17,094 nt of DNA from Ginkgo biloba (taxonomy: Eukaryota; Plantae; Ginkgophyta): assembly GCA_024626585.2 (NCBI GenBank), contig JANKJI020000002.1, positions 118,701,857 to 118,718,950 of the forward strand, read 5' to 3'. This document shows, one piece after another, positions 1 through 9,309 of this stretch. Numbering within the stretch: position 1 is the stretch's first letter; every line of letters begins with the position of its first letter. Under the pieces are notes generated by a model, which had not been told where the DNA came from, did no database searches, and saw only the letters and a list, made by a program, of their open reading frames with translations. A program made the position numbers and the translations under genes.

Positions 1-211
1 AATAAGAGTTGTCCATACCTGCCAGCCAAAAAACCATTTCTCATGTTGAACTCATAATGGGGATAGGTTTCTGCTCTTCAAGGCTCTGTGTTCTCATTTT
101 AAAGATGTTTATGAAGGAATCTAGAATGTTTAATATGCATTCCACTAGTGTGTGATTTATCACAAAGTTCAACTTAACCAACCAATTGATGAAACTTTTG
201 TGTCTCAACAG
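1..211 (+). other. 3' part of an intron of the BOI-like gene, ending in the splice acceptor CAG (209-211)
   Basis: AT-rich sequence with a T-rich tract (acttttgtgtctcaacag) ends in CAG directly before family-like protein sequence resumes in frame. Confidence 0.8.
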
Positions 212-748
212 AATGAGAAAGTGCGCATGGCACTGGAAGAAAAGAGACAGAGGCATTCCAGAGCATTGGTTGCAACTTTACAGGAAAGAATGCTGAGGAA
301 ATTGAAGGAAAAGGAATCAGAACTGGAGAATGTGAGTGGAAGGAATGCAGAATTGGAAGCACGCGTAAAACAATTGATTATGGAGAAACAGATATGGCAA
401 AATATGGCAAAATCCAACGAGGCTATGGTGAATACCTTGAGAAGCAATCTGGAACAGGTGGTAGCTCAAAGCAGGGAGCAGAGCAAGGAAGGGTATGGTG
501 ATAGCGAAGCTGATGATGCTGAATCTTGTTGTCATGATGATACAGCCGATGCCCATGCAAGAACATTAAAAGAAAACAGAGAGCTCAAGGAACAAAGGAC
601 TTGTAGGGTTTGCAGAAGCAATGATATCTGCATACTGTTGCTGCCCTGCAGGCACTTATGTCTATGCAAAGAATGTGAAAGCAGACTAGATACATGCCCT
701 CTCTGCAAATCCATGAAAAATGCCAGTGTACAGATTTACATGTCGTGA
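212..748 (+). CDS. Terminal coding exon of a BOI-related / S-ribonuclease-binding-protein (SBP1) family E3 ubiquitin ligase: coiled coil plus C-terminal IAP-like C3HC4 RING (partial; upstream exon(s) lie outside the window)
   Basis: The translation NEKVRMALEEKRQRHSRAL...LKEKESELE...RNAELEARVKQL..EKQIWQNMAKSNEAMVNTLRSNLEQV...EGYGDSEADDAESCC matches the BOI/BRG/SBP1 coiled-coil and 'DDAESCC' motifs. The C-terminal CRVC-x-LLLPCRHLCLCKECESRLDTCPLC is the family RING-HC. The stop is TGA at 746-748. The ORF-track start at 152 is a non-ATG codon in AT-rich sequence; the in-frame acceptor ...tctcaacAG|AAT (210-211) fits the Q|NE phase-0 junction I recall for this family. Confidence 0.95.
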   Translation, partial: NEKVRMALEEKRQRHSRALVATLQERMLRKLKEKESELENVSGRNAELEARVKQLIMEKQIWQNMAKSNEAMVNTLRSNLEQVVAQSREQSKEGYGDSEADDAESCCHDDTADAHARTLKENRELKEQRTCRVCRSNDICILLLPCRHLCLCKECESRLDTCPLCKSMKNASVQIYMS

Positions 749-1300
749 GGTTCAGGGTGGATTACACATGGCATCTTTTGGTTCACAAAGTAGCTGTCCG
801 CAAATCCTGAATTCTGTTGTTATTCATAGTAATTTTTTGTAGATGGTCATAGCAAAATGTCAAAGGCAAATATTGTAGATAGATAAATCAAACAGGGTAT
901 TGGTCGGGAGCTGCTGTGGGATTACTACAAGTAAATATATCTTGCCAAGACTATCAGCAAATGCATGTCCTTTCACTTTCCACCTGTAAATGGAAATAGT
1001 TTTTAGGCATGCAAACTGATCATCGGCCAGAGTTGTATGTATGCAATTTTGATGTTGCTCTTACTGATTGAACAGTCCATATTCTCTGACTATTCTTTTT
1101 GTTCATTTGATAAACTCCTACAACTTCTCAGTTCAAAGAGCTTAGGCTATTGAAACTACTGTAAATAAGTGTTTTGACGCTCTGAAAATATTGGTAAGAA
1201 ANNNNNNNNNNNNNNNNNNNNNNNNNNNNNNNNNNNNNNTTTGATCTGTGTTTGTATATGAATGATTTGTGAGTCTATAGCTTTGTTTCTATAATGCCAT
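749..1300 (+). other. Probable 3' UTR / polyadenylation region of the BOI-like gene (3' end not determinable)
   Basis: Position downstream of the stop codon and U/UG-rich composition. No transcript evidence is available. Confidence 0.5.
930..1300 (+). repeat. Copy 1 of a diverged direct duplication (partner about 1541-1935)
   Basis: Collinear blocks at an offset of about 610-635 bp: agtaaatatatcttgccaagac / agtaattgtatttgccatgac; ctttcca..tgt..atgga; aactgat; actgattg (1063 / 1681); ctcagttcaaagagcttaggctatt / ctcaatttaaagagcttaagctatt; tgaaaat..ttggtaag; gaatgatt; gtttct..aatgc. Confidence 0.8.
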
Positions 1301-1540
1301 ATTAAGGGCCACCACTTAGCACTACCCTGTATCCATGCATAAATCAAGTTCACACATATCTATAAAGTTAATTACAGTAGGACAAAATTACTTTTAAGTA
1401 CCTTGCCAGGTCAATCAGTTTATTCAACTCTTTTATCAAACTTATACTGAAAAGAATCACAGTGCCAGAACTTAGTGTGAAATGGCATACAACCCTATTT
1501 GAATTTACTTTATCTCTTAATTGGAACTGGCTCTAAGTCG

Positions 1541-1935
1541 AGTAATTGTATTTGCCATGACCGTTGGTGGATGTGTATCCATTTGCTTTCCAAGTTGTGG
1601 ATGGACATATAATTTTTGAGCTTGTGAACTGATATGATGACCATCTAGGGTAGTCCATGTTTTTGTTTTTCGTTTCTAATACTGATTGATTGGACAGTGA
1701 ATATTTCCATACTCTACTTTTTGTTTATCTCAATGATAAACCCTAAACCCGCTCAATTTAAAGAGCTTAAGCTATTAATCTGTCATCATTAGGACTTCTG
1801 GATCTGTGAAAATCGTGTTGGTAAGGAACTAAAGAATCAATCTCTATGAAAGGATCCATACTTTAGTGTGTTTGCTGGTTTATATCTACATACGAATGAT
1901 TGTGGATTCCTTGGATCAGTTTCTTCAATGCATCA
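1541..1935 (+). repeat. Copy 2 of the diverged direct duplication; contains a telo-box (AAACCCTAAACCC, 1738-1750)
   Basis: The same collinear blocks as in 930-1300, aligned by eye. Confidence 0.8.
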
Positions 1936-2099
1936 AACCATCTTTCTTCTATAGGGGTTTAAGAATTTATTGAAGAAAACACATCATGATTACCAAGGAT
2001 CTATACCTTCGAGTTTTTGGAATGAATCAAAATCCAGAATGTCAAGATGAGTAAGCACTTATTTAATTTTTGTCAAAAGATTGAAAGTTTGAGATTAAA

Positions 2100-3170
2100 T
2101 AGAATTGCCTTGCCTAAGCAGTTTGATGCACTAGGTAAAACTACAATGATGCTTTTTCTGAGGCACACAATCGAAGGTTGCAAAATTATGTAAAGCCCAA
2201 GTATCTCGATACAGTTTTGTGTTGTTTGATACAGACAAACAACTTTTGTATACACAATGTAACACGTATCATCTCTTTTATTTACAAGATGTTTATTTTG
2301 CTAATTCAACAAGTTGCAAGATATGTTGAAATGAATAAAAATTCTACGATTGCTTGGATAAAACAACTTCTAGTGATTCAAAGACATGATGTTCAATTGG
2401 TTTAAAAATATACAAGTATGTTGGCATTAAATTCTACATGTAGGGCTTTAATGGTACAACGACTTATGTTCATTTGGTCACCCAGAAATTAAATGGTGCA
2501 CATTATTAGACTATCAATTCCCCTATCAACAATGTTTTCGGAAAAGTAGAAAATATTATTCGCAAGCTTCTTTTAGTTTGAAGGAAGGTTAGTGAATTCT
2601 TATGACCTCATCTCGTGTCCAAAATCCTTCATGGTTTCCTCTCAATAATTATTGTTCTCTATGGTCTTTCATGAGTGTATAGTGCGATGTGAGATAAAGG
2701 TGTTGTTAGAGATGATGTGTATATGTGCAAAGCATTGAAAGCAATTGTTCTCAATAGAAAATGAGTTAACAACTAAAATGGTTAAAGGTGAGTGCAAAAG
2801 AAGTTGAATTTTCTTGGCAATCAAATAGGGTTTTACAAGACATTTGATTAAATTTTAGATAATTTTCTTTCAAAGGAATATAATGTGGTAGAAAGATAAA
2901 GTACATAGGGAAGTTTCATGATGTCTAATGTTGGGTTCAATGGTGTTTTTACAATCATAATGGCAAATCATTATGGTAGCAACATTGTCGTAATGGGCAC
3001 AATAAAGGAAATTTATCAAATTATCATGAATGGTTATAGAAATTACTAGCAACATTTTGAGCTAGGCATGTAGTGATATAATTGCAAATTTGTAATTCTC
3101 TTTAATCAATATGAAGGAAACAATATTAGAAAAAGCTTAATAACTTGAATTCTAGAATTTAGACCAAATA
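2100..3170 (+). pseudogene. Highly degenerate hAT-superfamily transposase relic (DUF659 / RNase H-like region)
   Basis: Fragments in shifting frames occur in the order and approximate spacing of plant hAT DUF659 transposases: LPKQFDALG (~PSYxALR), RIISFI (~RxLINFL), DVYFANS (~GTVFLKS), FYDCLDK (~LFxxLD), DVQLV (~NVVQVV), ALMVQRLMFIWSP (~LLMxxRxxIFWxP), KALKAIVLNRK* (~ALRxMFxSxxW), VMGTI (~PxMGxIY), NLNSR (~YLNP). There are many stops and frameshifts, and each motif alone is weak. Confidence 0.4.
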
Positions 3171-4001
3171 ATCAACAAAATATTATTATAAGAGAATGAA
3201 TTTGAGTTTCAATGAGATTTACAAGCAACATAGGAATCAAATTCTACTTTCAATTACATATTTGTGATTTTTGTCTCTCTTTCATATTGATGATATCTAT
3301 AAAGAACTATATACTTTCAATATATCCAAGCTAGGAGTGATATGTGCATTAAACCTCAAATTGCTTACCAATGTTACTTGTGATGTGGCTATAGATCTTA
3401 ATATATGTTAATTACTATTTTTTGAAGAGAAATACTCCATTAATGGAAGATTTAATGGAATCAGTTAATGGCATAGTTAACTCTGTAGCATAGCGTAGCG
3501 TAGCATCCACCTCCACCATGTAACAAAGAATAGAAGTGTGATCTACTACTGCCACGTCTATTAATATTTTTTTACCACTACACCAATCACATTTTTTATT
3601 TTTAAAATGCAGACAAAATAATATTTATTCTTTAACCAATTGCTTTAATTTTTGTTTTTATTTTAATAAAAAGACACGTAGAATTTGACCAGACTTCAAA
3701 TTGAATTAAAGTCTAATTAAATTTTTTATTTTTGTCTTTTTATAATGTTTCAAAACTTTCAATGACCGCCTATAGTTTTTTCTCTGCGTCTTCTACGGCT
3801 ATGCCAAATATCGCATTTCTCATCTTCTCTACGTGTCGTCTCCCATCGTCCTGCAATACTTTTGCACTAAACGTCAACTATCTCTACAGTTCTAGATTTA
3901 ACAAATCATCCCATCTGATCTTCAAATATTATCTCTGCTTTGAACATTGTCACAGGATGCACCATGTCTATGTTCCTCTTCTAGATCATCTCCTCTGACC
4001 A

Positions 4002-4061
4002 CTGCATTTTCCTTAGCCTTTGCCACCTACTTGATCTCTGCATTTTCCTTAGCCTTTGCCA
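4002..4061 (+). repeat. Perfect 24-bp direct repeat CTGCATTTTCCTTAGCCTTTGCCA x2 (4002-4025, 4038-4061)
   Basis: Read directly; period 36 bp. Confidence 0.95.
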
Positions 4062-4090
4062 TCTTCCATTTTCATTTTCAATATCGTAGC

Positions 4091-4220
4091 TACCTCTGCT
4101 ACGTGGAAGAGGTAACTGCTACATGACATAGCAGAGAGCAGATCTCTGTCTTTGGTGTAGAGGTACCTCTGCTATATGGCAGAGGTAGTTTCTACATGAC
4201 ATACCAGAGAGCAGATCTCT
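4091..4220 (+). repeat. 57-bp imperfect direct repeat x2 (4091-4147, 4164-4220), each beginning with a hairpin TACCTCTGC-N6-GCAGAGGTA
   Basis: Read directly; period 73 bp. The hairpin is perfect in copy 2 (4164-4187) and has one mismatch in copy 1. Confidence 0.9.
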
Positions 4221-5639
4221 TTATGACATAGCGTAGCAGATGGTTACCCTCCATCACAGATCTAATGTCACATGAGCAGAGCTCTCTACCTCTNNNNNNN
4301 NNNNNNNNNNNNNNNNNNNNNNNNNNNNNNNNNNNNNNNNNNNNNNNNNNNNNNNNNNNNNNNNNNNNNNNNNNNNNNNNNNNNNNNNNNNNNATAAACT
4401 TTGATACCTACCTTTGTTTTTTTAATTATTAAGAGGCTTTTGGATGATCTCAATGCGTGTGATAAAATAAACTTGTAGCAATATATTTAGAAATTAGCAA
4501 AAAGTAGAAATTCACCTTGTTTTCTACATTCAATGGCTCATGTGATGGATTTACATGATAATAATTATTCTCAAAGTCACCAAGTTGTGGACATGAGGGT
4601 TACTAAGATATTTAATATAGGAGGTGAAAGTTGAAGTTGAAGTTATGAACATTTCATATGTCACAAAGTGGTCTATGGGCCTCGAAGGAAACTTACAAAA
4701 TCATAAGGTGGGGGAGGATTCCCATAGACAATAATATAAGTATTTTTCTAGAGAATTATGACTTTTCAAATTGTTCATTATAATGGTCGAAGTAGAAATT
4801 GAATTTATTAACAATTCTCGATGGCACGAGAGTGACTTATTGTACCCAAAAAGAAACTTACAAATGAAAAGTTTGAGGGAGATTAGGAGACCAAATCTAG
4901 GAGATATGGAAATTCGTGGGAAATTGATTAAGGATATTTGGAAATGTGTCATCTTGTAAAAAAAAAAGGCCNNNNNNNNNNNNNNNGAAGTTGGATATTT
5001 TGTTAAAAAAGGAAGATTGGAGAACCCACAATATGTTTTTTATATGTTTGAATTTATCAACATTAAGTGTTGGCAAATAGAAAAATAAAAAACAAGACAA
5101 AAGAGAGTAGCCATGGCTTAATATGGAACATACTCGACATAGTACAATACAACAACAATTGGATATTATTAAAAGATTTAAACAAATGGTCCAGTAGGAT
5201 AGCTGTTATATGTCCAACTTGTTATTTATTGTCGTATATGTAGAAAGGGACATTGAATTCATGTGTTTTCGTGGAACTTATCCGAAATAGCATATCACTA
5301 ATCTTTGACTTATCTCTACCCTCACTATCTCTAATGTCAATTTTTTATATTGCATTTAGGCTTTGTTTCAAAAAAAAGGAAAGGGACCTACGCTGGCCAC
5401 CACATGGCTCTTGCTTTGGACACAGAGAGATACGAGTATCTGCCATTGCCTTTATTTANNNNNNNNNNNNNNNNNNNNNNNNNNNNNNNNNNNNNNNNNN
5501 NNNNNNNNNNNNNNNNNNNNNNNNNNNNNNNNNNNNNNNNNNNNNNNNNNNNNNNNNNACCGGGAAATTTGATAGAGGGATGATGTGAATTTTTCCAATG
5601 GATGTGGAGCCCAACTGAGTAGGGACAACGTGAATCTCA

Positions 5640-6100
5640 CCTAGTATGATGATGCCTAATAGATATGCTAGGAAACACAGTCAGAAGTAGTGATGGTATG
5701 GATTGCTAAGAGGAGAGGATGAAGGCTAAGAAAAATTATCGATAGAGTCAGCTAAGGGATGGGTGATGAGAATTCTTCTTGAGAAGCAGTGAAAGCTCAA
5801 CAAATTATTGAGAGAGGCATCTCAAAGATTCAGGGGTAGTGACCTAAAGAAATAAAATTTTATTTTATAATTATTCTATATATTGTCCCTTTGATAGTGA
5901 GGAAGAGACATTGATGGATTTTATAATGATTTGATTATTTAGCTTAATGAATTTGGAGTTTTATTCCCCCCAAGGGTTTCTCCAGTTAAAAAAAATATTG
6001 TTCTCAAGTCCCATATGTGTTTTGTGCATTAATTTACTTATGTCGAATGTGTGGGTGCATGTTATCTTATGTTGATTAAATTTTGTGTCAATATCATGGA
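5640..6100 (+). mobile_element. Possible decayed LTR fragment (copia-like)
   Basis: The motif GTTTTATTCCCCCAAGGGTTTCTCCAGTTAAAAA...TGTGTTTTGTG (about 5958-6027) resembles the 'GGGTTTTCC...AAAT.TTGTGT' block I recall near the 3' ends of plant copia LTRs. No clear PBS or TSD; boundaries are guessed. Confidence 0.2.
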
Positions 6101-6310
6101 ATACTAATGCCTCCACATTGGGAGCTCATTGACGATCTTAGTTCAATCTGTGAAAGTACCTAGAGGTGGTGTGGCAGGGTGAGATGGCCAAAGGAACAAA
6201 TCAAAGTTATTTTTATTTTTCATTTGGGATGCTTTAGCGATTTCCCATGACCTTGCCTAGACCATGTTGCATCAAGGTGGTTCCATTATGATTTCACCTA
6301 CTAGATGACT

Positions 6311-6359
6311 AAGGAGAGTGAACTTGAACCAAAGGAGAGTGAACCTAGACCAGAGGAGA
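6311..6359 (+). repeat. 21-bp tandem repeat AAGGAGAGTGAACYTRRACCA, about 2.3 copies
   Basis: Units at 6311-6331 and 6332-6352, with a partial third unit at 6353-6359. Confidence 0.85.
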
Positions 6360-6509
6360 ACTTCACAATGTCATTGCAAAGAATTCATCGCTAAAAGTCA
6401 TTGAGAGCTTAATTTTCCCACCTAATAGAGACATTGGAGCTAAAGAAAAACATTGCACTATTCATTCAGGGCCATGAGAGCTAAAGTATAAGAACCTAGG
6501 CATAGAAGG

Positions 6510-7318
6510 AGAAGGGGTTAGATGGTTGGACTAGTTGGCGAGTGGGGTTGGTTGGTTAGTTCTTGGCGCAGGATGCGGTGGCAAAGAGTGCGGATTGATT
6601 TTGGGGTTGTCATGGGAATGCGGTGTAAATAATGCAGAGGAGAGTGGCAGCCAATTGATTGCAAAGTTGGCAGGTGAGGTCAGGTAAGGGGTGTCTGCCA
6701 TAGGACCGTATCTCGTGAGCAGGCGGGCATTGTGTGGCAGTGGGACCGTGGGGATAAAGAAAGCCAAGGAAAACGAAGGGCCATCCATCATCCTTGGTTT
6801 CTCCTCCGCTCAGAACAAATAAAAGCGTTTGGGCACCAGTGACCACTACCACTTCCACCCGCATCAATACCAACACATATGCGCCATTGGGTTATTGGAA
6901 TCGCATACTCCCCAGTCCCCACCTAAACGCAGAGTCATAATATATATTCTCGATAGACCCGCTCTCTCTTTAGAGAGAGATGGACATCATCAACGTGGAC
7001 GTACAGTTTAGCGGTAGCACGACGCATCTGACGAGGACCGGCGGGGCAGCCACGACCCAGTAGCAGGTGTCGTGTTGCAGCCCTTTATTGGCGCGTTTAA
7101 GGCAACGTGGTCGCATGCATTCCGATGCGAACGAACGTATGCTCCTCTGTCCGTTAGCGACTTGCGTATATAATGAGTATGGTTTGCCAGCGAAGCCGGG
7201 ATTAAAAATGTTGACAACGACCCCTCTTCTGCGGGCCCAGCAGGAGGAAACGAGGATTTGTGAGAGAGAGAGAGAGAGAGAGCGTCCGTGAGTCTCTTCG
7301 TTCCCTTGGGGGCCGGAA
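6510..7318. promoter_or_regulatory. CpG-rich non-coding island 1: candidate unmethylated cis-regulatory region
   Basis: GC and CpG rise abruptly relative to the flanks. It contains MYB AC-type motifs (GGTTGGTTGGTTAG 6546-6559), a TCP-type GTGGGACC (6740-6747), an E2F-like ATTGGCGC (7087-7094), TATATAA (7167-7173), site II GGCCCA (7234-7239) and (GA)10. None of its ORFs is recognisable. Confidence 0.5.
7262..7282. repeat. (GA)10G microsatellite, a potential BBR/BPC GAGA element
   Basis: Read directly. Confidence 0.95.
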
Positions 7319-8399
7319 NNNNNNNNNNNNNNNNNNNNNNNNNNNNNNNNNNNNNNNNNNNNNNNNNNNNNNNNNNNNNNNNNNNNNNNNNNNNNNNNNN
7401 NNNNNNNNNNNNNNNNNNAATATATGAGTAGGAATGATAAATTCGAGTAAATAAAAGAATGGAAAAGTGATGAAGGGAATGAGTAGGAGATTATGCATAA
7501 TTTTGTAATAGGGAGAGGATGTGATAGGAGCATCCTCGTAATTTTGGTAATAGGTATAATTTTGGAAAAATTGACAATGATGACTGAAGGAGCACTAATT
7601 TTAGATTGCATGAAGACGATGATGAGAAGTAGGCCAATGATAGGTGGATCTGAATAATGGTACAAAAGAGAAGAAGATGAAAGATGATAAGGAGGTATGA
7701 CATCGAGGAGAAAATTTTCACAAATGAATATGTCAATAAAGTAACAAGCAAAAATCCTAGTAATAGGTAGAGAAGTGATTGTTAATGGAGGACTTAGAAA
7801 AAGGGAATCATCAGAGAGAGTAAATGATAGGATTAAAGGGTGTTATAGGTTAATAGTAGAATCAACTTATCAGAGAGAGAACCTGATAGAAGTGGAGGAC
7901 ATGTTAGAGAAAATTCGTATAGGTGAGTGATGAAAAACATCCAAGATAAAGTCCTGAGGGAGACAAGATAGTATTTTGATGAAGAGGAATAAACCAATGA
8001 TCTAATAATAATAGAGCATATCCCTCAAGGATCAAGATCCTCAAAATGATCACCAAGAGGACTTACTTTCACGCGATCTCCTATCATCACCAGGCATAGC
8101 CTAGGACAAAGTGTGCCCTTAGGCATATAATCAATAACATGTAGAATATATAATGGTTTAATCTATAGAACCATTATAGTCCACACCCCTATATTCAACA
8201 CCATTGATAGAAGTATATCCCTTGATTAGTTTCTTCCTAGTAAAGATTAAATTTGATGTGAACTTTAGTTTGGAAGGGAGGCAAAAGCTAAAAATGGTAG
8301 TGTCCAAACAACACAATAAATAGAAGGCGAAAGAACCTTTATTAAAAGATTTAGAGACTCAAGAGATGACCCTAAATACATCAATGTTACACATCCTCC

Positions 8400-9309
8400 A
8401 CCACCTTCAAATTATAGCAACACTTAGTAGACATATAGAGAAACACTTGGCAGACATGCAAAGAAACACTTGGAGGACATGCAGAAAGTAGTGATACTTG
8501 GCATACATGCAATTTAGGGTTATTATTATGTAAGGAGGCTCTAGAGATCTTAAGGATCATCTTCGAGTTATTGTCATCTTGCTATCAAGCACACTGTGGT
8601 GTTGCTCTTTCAGTGTTCTGTAATAAATTATTTTTCTCTCAATAAAGATTGGCTTGATCATCTTTTGGTATATTATATGCATTTTCTTCTTGCGAATAGG
8701 AGTCAGTTTGCTCCAATCCATCTTGATGCTCTAGGGCATCAAAAATATGAATATGGGCATTATGAAAGTCATTAACCAAAGTTTAGAGGACTATAAACTC
8801 CAGACTCGTGAGTTAAAATAAACTCTCGAGTACTATCATTAAGTGATTCTCTATGAATTCGATGAGTAGGGGTTAGTAAAAGAAACCATATCCCTTGCCA
8901 GATATGAGGAAGATGAACGATGCCTATAGAAACTACTTGCTACATAGGACGTAGATGTAGTGAGGGAATATATTATGGACGTGCACACTACTCTCTCAGA
9001 GATCCACGTTGAGGCAAAAAATAATTATGCACAGTTGGAACAAGTGTTCCAAGAGATTTTAGAACTCTAAGGTCACCTTATGACCTGGATGGAAACATCC
9101 CAATAAAATCATAGTGCCAAAATTTGATTCCTATAGGGTTCTTAATGGCATAATTAAAATCAGGTCAAAAGTGCACCAGAGACACCAAAGATCATCGCAA
9201 AAGAAGTATAGATCCTTAGTCGATTGGATGACCTCGACAAAGCCTAGCAACTAGATATGAAGGCTAATGGGATTGATCGTTGTATGACAATATGTAAGAG
9301 GGTAGAGCA
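8400..9309 (+). mobile_element. Possible decayed LTR-retrotransposon fragment (LTR-like segment followed by gag-like purine-rich sequence)
   Basis: The layout resembles an LTR plus the start of an internal region: tandem repeats, then TGTAATAAA...CAATAAAG (8618-8647), then stop-riddled coding-like sequence. No diagnostic protein motif was recognised. Confidence 0.2.
8419..8511 (+). repeat. Tandem repeat of about 23 bp (core ACACTTGGCAGACATGCA), 4 degenerate copies
   Basis: Copies start at about 8419, 8441, 8464 and 8494. Confidence 0.85.

Larger units (their letters stand above)
3430..4293. mobile_element. Putative end or fragment of a non-autonomous DNA transposon with subterminal repeats and palindromes; truncated by the gap at 4294
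   Basis: The motif CATAGCGTAGC occurs near both ends (about 3489 and 4227). There are (TAGCR)n repeats at 3486-3505, a palindrome TCCATTAATGGA at 3436-3447 and internal direct repeats with hairpins. No TIR pair or TSD is visible. Confidence 0.3.

Noticed and set aside
152-211. N-terminal 20 codons of the 198-aa ORF (MIYHKVQ...)
   Set aside because: Non-ATG start and no family resemblance; this is intron sequence that happens to be open up to the acceptor at 210-211.
41-714. Minus-strand ORFs overlapping the BOI exon
   Set aside because: Antisense shadows of the real coding exon with no recognisable protein.
1738-1750. Possible telomerase RNA template (CCCTAAACCC)
   Set aside because: No upstream USE/TATA promoter or other land-plant TR features are visible; the motif sits inside the duplicated 3' flank.
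4002-4220. CRISPR-like repeat-spacer pattern
   Set aside because: Only two copies of each repeat, short spacers, a eukaryotic context and no cas genes.
4394-5250. Coding-like AT-rich stretch (TKLWT, HFI resembling Ac-type hAT motifs)
   Set aside because: Motif spacing does not fit and the similarity is too weak to call.
6329-6340. CCAAAGGAGAGT resembles part of miR399
   Set aside because: Only 12 nt match, it lies in a 21-bp tandem repeat, and no complementary star arm is visible.
7212-7220. TGACAACGA matches the 5' end of miR535
   Set aside because: The match stops after 9 nt and there is no miRNA-like foldback.
7419-8400. Purine-rich low-complexity stretch resembling a retroelement ORF
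   Set aside because: Many stops and no diagnostic motif; probably TE debris but unclassifiable by eye.
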